This document shows, piece by piece, positions 59,699-64,000 of a stretch of DNA of 64,000 nucleotides. This DNA comes from Nitrospirota bacterium (GTDB taxonomy: Bacteria; Nitrospirota; Nitrospiria; 2-01-FULL-66-17). The stretch is taken from positions 404,093 to 468,092 of the forward strand of contig JBMOMC010000001.1 of assembly GCA_049325335.1 (NCBI GenBank), given 5' to 3'. The notes under the pieces are model-generated. The model saw nothing but the letters and a program-made list of their open reading frames with translations, searched no databases and was not told the origin of the DNA. Position 1 is the stretch's first letter. Every line of letters starts with the position of its first letter. Position numbers and translations under genes: made by a program.

Positions 59699-61269
59699 CC
59701 GCGGTCAAATCCGTTCTCTACGTCTGGCTGCCGTGTAAGGAGATCTACCCCATCGGCCTGACGTACCTGGCGAACTTCATCCACGAGCGGCACCCGGAGA
59801 TCAACCAGCAGATTCTGGACCTGACTCCGATCCCGCGCGAGCGACGCAAGCAGGTCCTGGGCGACGTGATCCGCCAGAACAAGTCCGACCTGGTCTGTTT
59901 TTCCTGGCGCGACATCCAGGTGTTCGCGCCCCACGAGGGCGACGCGAGCCTCAAATACGCGTTCAATTTCTATCACTCCGCCAACCCCATCAAAAAAGCC
60001 GTGGCCTCGTACAAAGGCCTGGAGTTCTTGTGGCGCTATTACCAGGGCATCCGCGAGTTCCTGGGGTACCCCTGGATGGTGGCCGAGCAATTCCCGGACA
60101 CGCGCGTGATGATCGGCGGCGGCGCGTTTTCCGTGTTCGCGGATCAGTTGATCCACAAACTGCCCGAGGGCACCATCGGCATCTTGGGCGAGGGCGAAGA
60201 GGCCGTGCTCAAAGTGGTCGAGGGCAAGCCCCTGGACAGCGAGCGCTACATGGTCCGCGAGCGGGGGACCTTGCATAGCGGCCGCAAAGGCCCCTACCTG
60301 CCGCTCAATGATTTCACGGTCGATGTGCCGTACCTCTCTAAAATCTATCCGCAGCACACCGTGCACCGCGGCAACTACATCGGCGTGCAAACCAAACGCG
60401 GCTGCCCCTACGACTGCCAGTTCTGCGAGTACCCGTACATCGAGGGCAAGGAGGTCCGTCATCGGCCGCCCGAACTGGTCCTGCGCGACATCAAGCAACA
60501 TTACGATCTGTGGGGCGCGCGAAAGTTCTGGTTCACGGACGCGCAGTTCATCACCGGCCGCGAAGCCTACCTACAGGTCATCGAAATCCTGGATCGGATC
60601 AAGAAAGAAGGCCTGCAAATCGAATGGTCCGGCTACGTGCGCACCAGCCACATCACCGCGGAGCTTGCCAGGCTCATGGTCGCCACCGGGGTGGGCGATT
60701 TGGAAGTCGCCATCACCTCGGGCTCGCAAGCCATCATCAACGAACTGCACATGGGCTTCTCATTAGAGAAGCTCTACGAAGGCTGCCGACACCTCAAAGA
60801 CGCAGGCTTCACCGGGAAAGTGATCCTGAACTACTCCCCCAACTCCCCGGGCGAGACCGAAGAAACCCTATTAGAGAGCGTGCAGTCCTACAAGAAAATC
60901 GCCGCGATCCTCGGCGAAGACCACGTCTTCCCCATGTTGTTCTTCCTGGGCGTGCAGCCCCACACCGGCTTCGAACAAACCCTCTTGACCAACGGCTACC
61001 TGCACCAAGGCTACAATCCCTTGTCGCTCAATCCTCTCACGATCAAAAAACTCCTCTACAACCCCCCGCCATTCGCCAACCTCATCGCCAAAGCGTGCAT
61101 GAAGGCGTGGGAGGCGAAGGAGCGGGAAATCAAACAAACTCAAGAAGTGGCGCACGATCTGACCGGACATTACGCAGACACAAACCTGTTCGCGGGCGTG
61201 GTGAAAGATTCGGGGCGGCAGGTGCTGATCAACATCGAGCGGGAACTGGTGGGGCCCGCTGGTCGCTAG
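59695..61269 (+). CDS. B12-binding radical SAM protein, Slr0320-like
   Basis: LYVWLPC..YPIG..YLA, FSWRDIQVFAP, GGGAFSVF, GEGE, QTKRGCPYDCQFC, FTDAQF; GTGA overlap with ubiE. Confidence 0.88.
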   Translation: MTAVKSVLYVWLPCKEIYPIGLTYLANFIHERHPEINQQILDLTPIPRERRKQVLGDVIRQNKSDLVCFSWRDIQVFAPHEGDASLKYAFNFYHSANPIKKAVASYKGLEFLWRYYQGIREFLGYPWMVAEQFPDTRVMIGGGAFSVFADQLIHKLPEGTIGILGEGEEAVLKVVEGKPLDSERYMVRERGTLHSGRKGPYLPLNDFTVDVPYLSKIYPQHTVHRGNYIGVQTKRGCPYDCQFCEYPYIEGKEVRHRPPELVLRDIKQHYDLWGARKFWFTDAQFITGREAYLQVIEILDRIKKEGLQIEWSGYVRTSHITAELARLMVATGVGDLEVAITSGSQAIINELHMGFSLEKLYEGCRHLKDAGFTGKVILNYSPNSPGETEETLLESVQSYKKIAAILGEDHVFPMLFFLGVQPHTGFEQTLLTNGYLHQGYNPLSLNPLTIKKLLYNPPPFANLIAKACMKAWEAKEREIKQTQEVAHDLTGHYADTNLFAGVVKDSGRQVLINIERELVGPAGR

Positions 61270-61380
61270 CAACACCCGAAGGGGCTTGTCGCGGTACCAG
61301 ACCTGAGCCCGAACTGTCGAGCTAGCCCCCCTAAACCTGCCGGATAGGACCATCATCGGTACGGCGCAAAGGAGAATGCC

Positions 61381-61809
61381 ATGGCGGTACGGTCAGCGGA
61401 AGCCGTGTGGACCAATGGATTAAAGGACGGCAAGGGCACGGTCAAACTGGGCAGCGGCGCGTACGAAGGCGCCTACTCGTTTGCCTCGCGCTTTGAACAA
61501 GGCCCCGGCACCAACCCGGAAGAACTGATCGGCGCGGCCCACGCCGGGTGCTTCTCCATGGCCTTGTCCGCGGGCCTGGAAAAGGCCGGGCACAAACCTC
61601 GGAGCGTCAAAACCAAAGCCAAGGTCCATCTGGAAAAAGCCGGCGAGGGATTTCAGATCACCAAGATTCAGCTCCAAACCGAAGCCGACGTGCCCGGCAT
61701 CGACCAGGCCAAGTTTCACGAGCACGCCGAGGCCGCCAAAAAAGGCTGCCCGGTTTCGCGCGCCCTGGCCGGCGTGCAAATCGAGCTGGACGCGAAACTC
61801 ACGTCCTAG
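61381..61809 (+). CDS. osmC: OsmC family peroxiredoxin
   Basis: GTNPEELIGAAHAGCFSMA, AKKGCPVSRAL. Confidence 0.95.
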   Translation: MAVRSAEAVWTNGLKDGKGTVKLGSGAYEGAYSFASRFEQGPGTNPEELIGAAHAGCFSMALSAGLEKAGHKPRSVKTKAKVHLEKAGEGFQITKIQLQTEADVPGIDQAKFHEHAEAAKKGCPVSRALAGVQIELDAKLTS

Positions 61810-61819
61810 GACGTTCCCG

Positions 61820-62845
61820 ATGCGCGTAGTACAGGTCTCCCAACCCAAAGGCCCTTTTGAATTAAAAGAGCTCGACATCCCAGCGCCCGGACCCGGCAAA
61901 GTGCGCATCAAGGTCCAGGCGTGCGGCATCTGCCACAGCGACATGTACACCAAAGACGGCATCTGGCCCGGCCTCCAATTCCCGCGAATCCCCGGACACG
62001 AAGTGGCGGGCGTGATCGATGCCATCGGACCCGGCGTGAAGGGATGGCAGACCGGGCAGCGCGTGGGCGTGGGCTGGCACGGTGGGCACTGCGGCTACTG
62101 CGACTCGTGCCGCCGCGGCCAATTCGTGACCTGCCAGAACGACAACACCGTCACCGGCATCAACATCGACGGCGGCTACGCCGACTACATGATCGCCCAC
62201 GAAGGCACCCTAGCCAAAATCCCCGACAACCTGACCGCCGAAGAAGCCGCCCCCTTGATGTGCGCCGGCGTCACCACCTACAACGCGCTGCGAAACAGCG
62301 GCGCGCGACCAGGCGACACCGTCGCGGTGCACGGCCTAGGCGGCCTCGGTCATCTGGGCGTCCAGTATGCGAACAAGATGGGCATGAAGACCATCGTTAT
62401 TGCGCGTGGGAAAGACAAAGAACCGTTGGCCAAGAACCTCGGCGCGCGCCACTACATCGACAGCCAGGCGTCGGACCCCGCGGCAGAGATCTTGAAGCTA
62501 GGCGGCGCCGACTTCATCCTGGCCACGGTCACGGACGCCAAAGCCATGAACGCGGTCATGGGCGGTCTAAGCCTGAACGGGAAAATGATCATCGTGGGCG
62601 CCCCTCATGAGCCGCTTTCAGTGTCCGCTGGCTTCCTCATCGGCGGCCGCCGATCCATCACCGGCTGGCCCTCCGGCTCGTCCATCGACTCGCAGGACGC
62701 CCTGGCGTTCAGCGCCCGGACGGGCGTGCGGTCCATGAACGAAGCCTTCCCCCTGGAGCGTGCAACAGAGGCATATGATCGCATGATGAGTGGGACGGCG
62801 CGGTTTCGAGTCGTTCTCACGACCGGACAGCACGGCAAGAAATGA
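61820..62845 (+). CDS. Zinc-dependent alcohol dehydrogenase
   Basis: CGICHSD, GHE, CGYCDSC..C, CAGVTTYN, GLGGLG. Confidence 0.95.
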   Translation: MRVVQVSQPKGPFELKELDIPAPGPGKVRIKVQACGICHSDMYTKDGIWPGLQFPRIPGHEVAGVIDAIGPGVKGWQTGQRVGVGWHGGHCGYCDSCRRGQFVTCQNDNTVTGINIDGGYADYMIAHEGTLAKIPDNLTAEEAAPLMCAGVTTYNALRNSGARPGDTVAVHGLGGLGHLGVQYANKMGMKTIVIARGKDKEPLAKNLGARHYIDSQASDPAAEILKLGGADFILATVTDAKAMNAVMGGLSLNGKMIIVGAPHEPLSVSAGFLIGGRRSITGWPSGSSIDSQDALAFSARTGVRSMNEAFPLERATEAYDRMMSGTARFRVVLTTGQHGKK

Positions 62846-62894
62846 GGAACTTGAAAATAAATCGGTCCCCTTTTGGTGTGTTGTTAATTAAGAG

Positions 62895-63371
62895 ATGGAA
62901 TCGGACGAAACCCAAGACGCCACGACCGTAGCGCCTGAAGAACCTGGAACCGCCGGGACACAGGAACAAGGGGTTGGTCCCGACATAGGTCAAGTAGTTC
63001 CAGGATCCGGCTTCACGGGACGGCCGATGATCGACCTCCTCTCTCGGTCGAACATCAGACCCCGCGACCTATTCGCGGCCGTTATGCACCAGAATTTAAC
63101 TGAATCGGAGGCCAAGAGTCGACTTATTGAAAAATTAACGGCTGAAAACGTAGATCTCCGCAATCACGTGCATCAGGGAGAAATCAGGAACACGGAATTA
63201 CTGGGCCGGCTTCACGCTGCAACACCATTAGATCTGGCGGGAACAGTGATGATTGGGTTCGGAGTGAACTTCCTCACGAATGATCTCGGATCTAAAGTGG
63301 GTGTCCTTCTCCTAATCGCCGGGATCGCAGCAATTGGGTGGAACATCTACAATTCGAATAGGAGATTCTGA
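62895..63371 (+). CDS. Hypothetical protein: acidic N-terminus, coiled coil, two C-terminal TM helices
   Basis: 158 aa with lower-GC codon usage; hydrophobic segments LAGTVMIGFGVNFL and VGVLLLIAGIAAIGW. Confidence 0.75.
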   Translation: MESDETQDATTVAPEEPGTAGTQEQGVGPDIGQVVPGSGFTGRPMIDLLSRSNIRPRDLFAAVMHQNLTESEAKSRLIEKLTAENVDLRNHVHQGEIRNTELLGRLHAATPLDLAGTVMIGFGVNFLTNDLGSKVGVLLLIAGIAAIGWNIYNSNRRF

Positions 63372-63868
63372 TGTATCCGGTGCCAATAGTCGACGAGCTC
63401 GCACTATACGGAGCGGCCGACCGCGGGGTACCGAGCCAAGAGAGGATTATCCTTCACGCCACGGCAGACGTTAATCTCGCACAATTTGTCCTGTGTTTGG
63501 GAGTCAAGATCGGCGACTCTGGGTCTGTTCACCCTATCAATGATCATTTGTTCTGGTTGAATGAGGAATCGGTCGCAGCAGGCACATGGATCTTTGTGTA
63601 TACGGGGCCTGGAACTCGCCTTACCACCAAGACGAAAGAAACGAAGGAACCTGCAGTAGTACTGCACTGGAACAAACCCACAACCCTATTCCATGAACCT
63701 CATGTCATTCCAGTGATATTTCGGATTGGAGGCATCATGACGGAGGACCTGACAGCCCAGAGGGCCTCAGAACGCGCGCGATTCGAAGCAGCAACACAGC
63801 GTCTCATTGCCGAAAATGAGCAAAGACAACGAAAGAGCCTCTTCAGGTTCCCCCCTCCTAAGCGATAA
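63371..63868 (+). CDS. Hypothetical protein, lamin-tail-domain-like beta sandwich
   Basis: ERIIL...VNLAQF...FWL...VAAGTWIFVYTGPG...LHWN pattern; TGATG coupling with the upstream gene. Confidence 0.7.
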   Translation: MYPVPIVDELALYGAADRGVPSQERIILHATADVNLAQFVLCLGVKIGDSGSVHPINDHLFWLNEESVAAGTWIFVYTGPGTRLTTKTKETKEPAVVLHWNKPTTLFHEPHVIPVIFRIGGIMTEDLTAQRASERARFEAATQRLIAENEQRQRKSLFRFPPPKR

Positions 63869-64000
63869 CGAGATCCCCCCACTAGCGGGCATCTACGAGG
63901 TCTTGCAATCAAACATTGGCGACCAACGCTTTGAAGTGTGTTCATGCAAAACCTCGCCCCTGATATGCTGATATGCAACCGCCGCCCGGCCGGGCACCCG

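Noticed and set aside
61270..61380. Possible repeat or terminator after the radical SAM gene (GGGGCT...AGCCCC)
   Set aside because: Short pairing only, single copy, no U-tract; insufficient support.

Overview
GC-rich bacterial chromosomal segment, mostly housekeeping genes. Gene order and content (romR-like/valS/nadC/birA/coaX; CIRCE/hrcA/grpE/dnaK/dnaJ/rsmE; pgpA/cinA/thpR/recA/pilT/alaS/ruvX/mltG/lgt; coaE/galU/hsp20/lon/thiL; ubiE plus an Slr0320-like radical SAM gene) suggest a Nitrospirota or deltaproteobacteria-like organism (inference). I saw no tRNA, rRNA, CRISPR array, transposase or integrase. The main observations are: (1) a dispersed ~120-nt repeat (3 full copies, 1 half copy) with invariant loop motifs and covarying stems; (2) three GTAG-type REP palindromes; (3) a ubiE plus B12 radical SAM gene pair resembling a (methyl-)plastoquinone module; (4) a lower-GC, translationally coupled two-gene cassette (2-TM protein plus lamin-tail-like protein) at the right edge; (5) a RomR-like pseudo-receiver; (6) a lipoprotein HExxH metallopeptidase absent from the ORF track; (7) several apparently leaderless genes; (8) duplicated c-di-GMP phosphodiesterases near an orphan MshEN-type PilB ATPase. 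All family assignments are by eye and from recall, without database searches.
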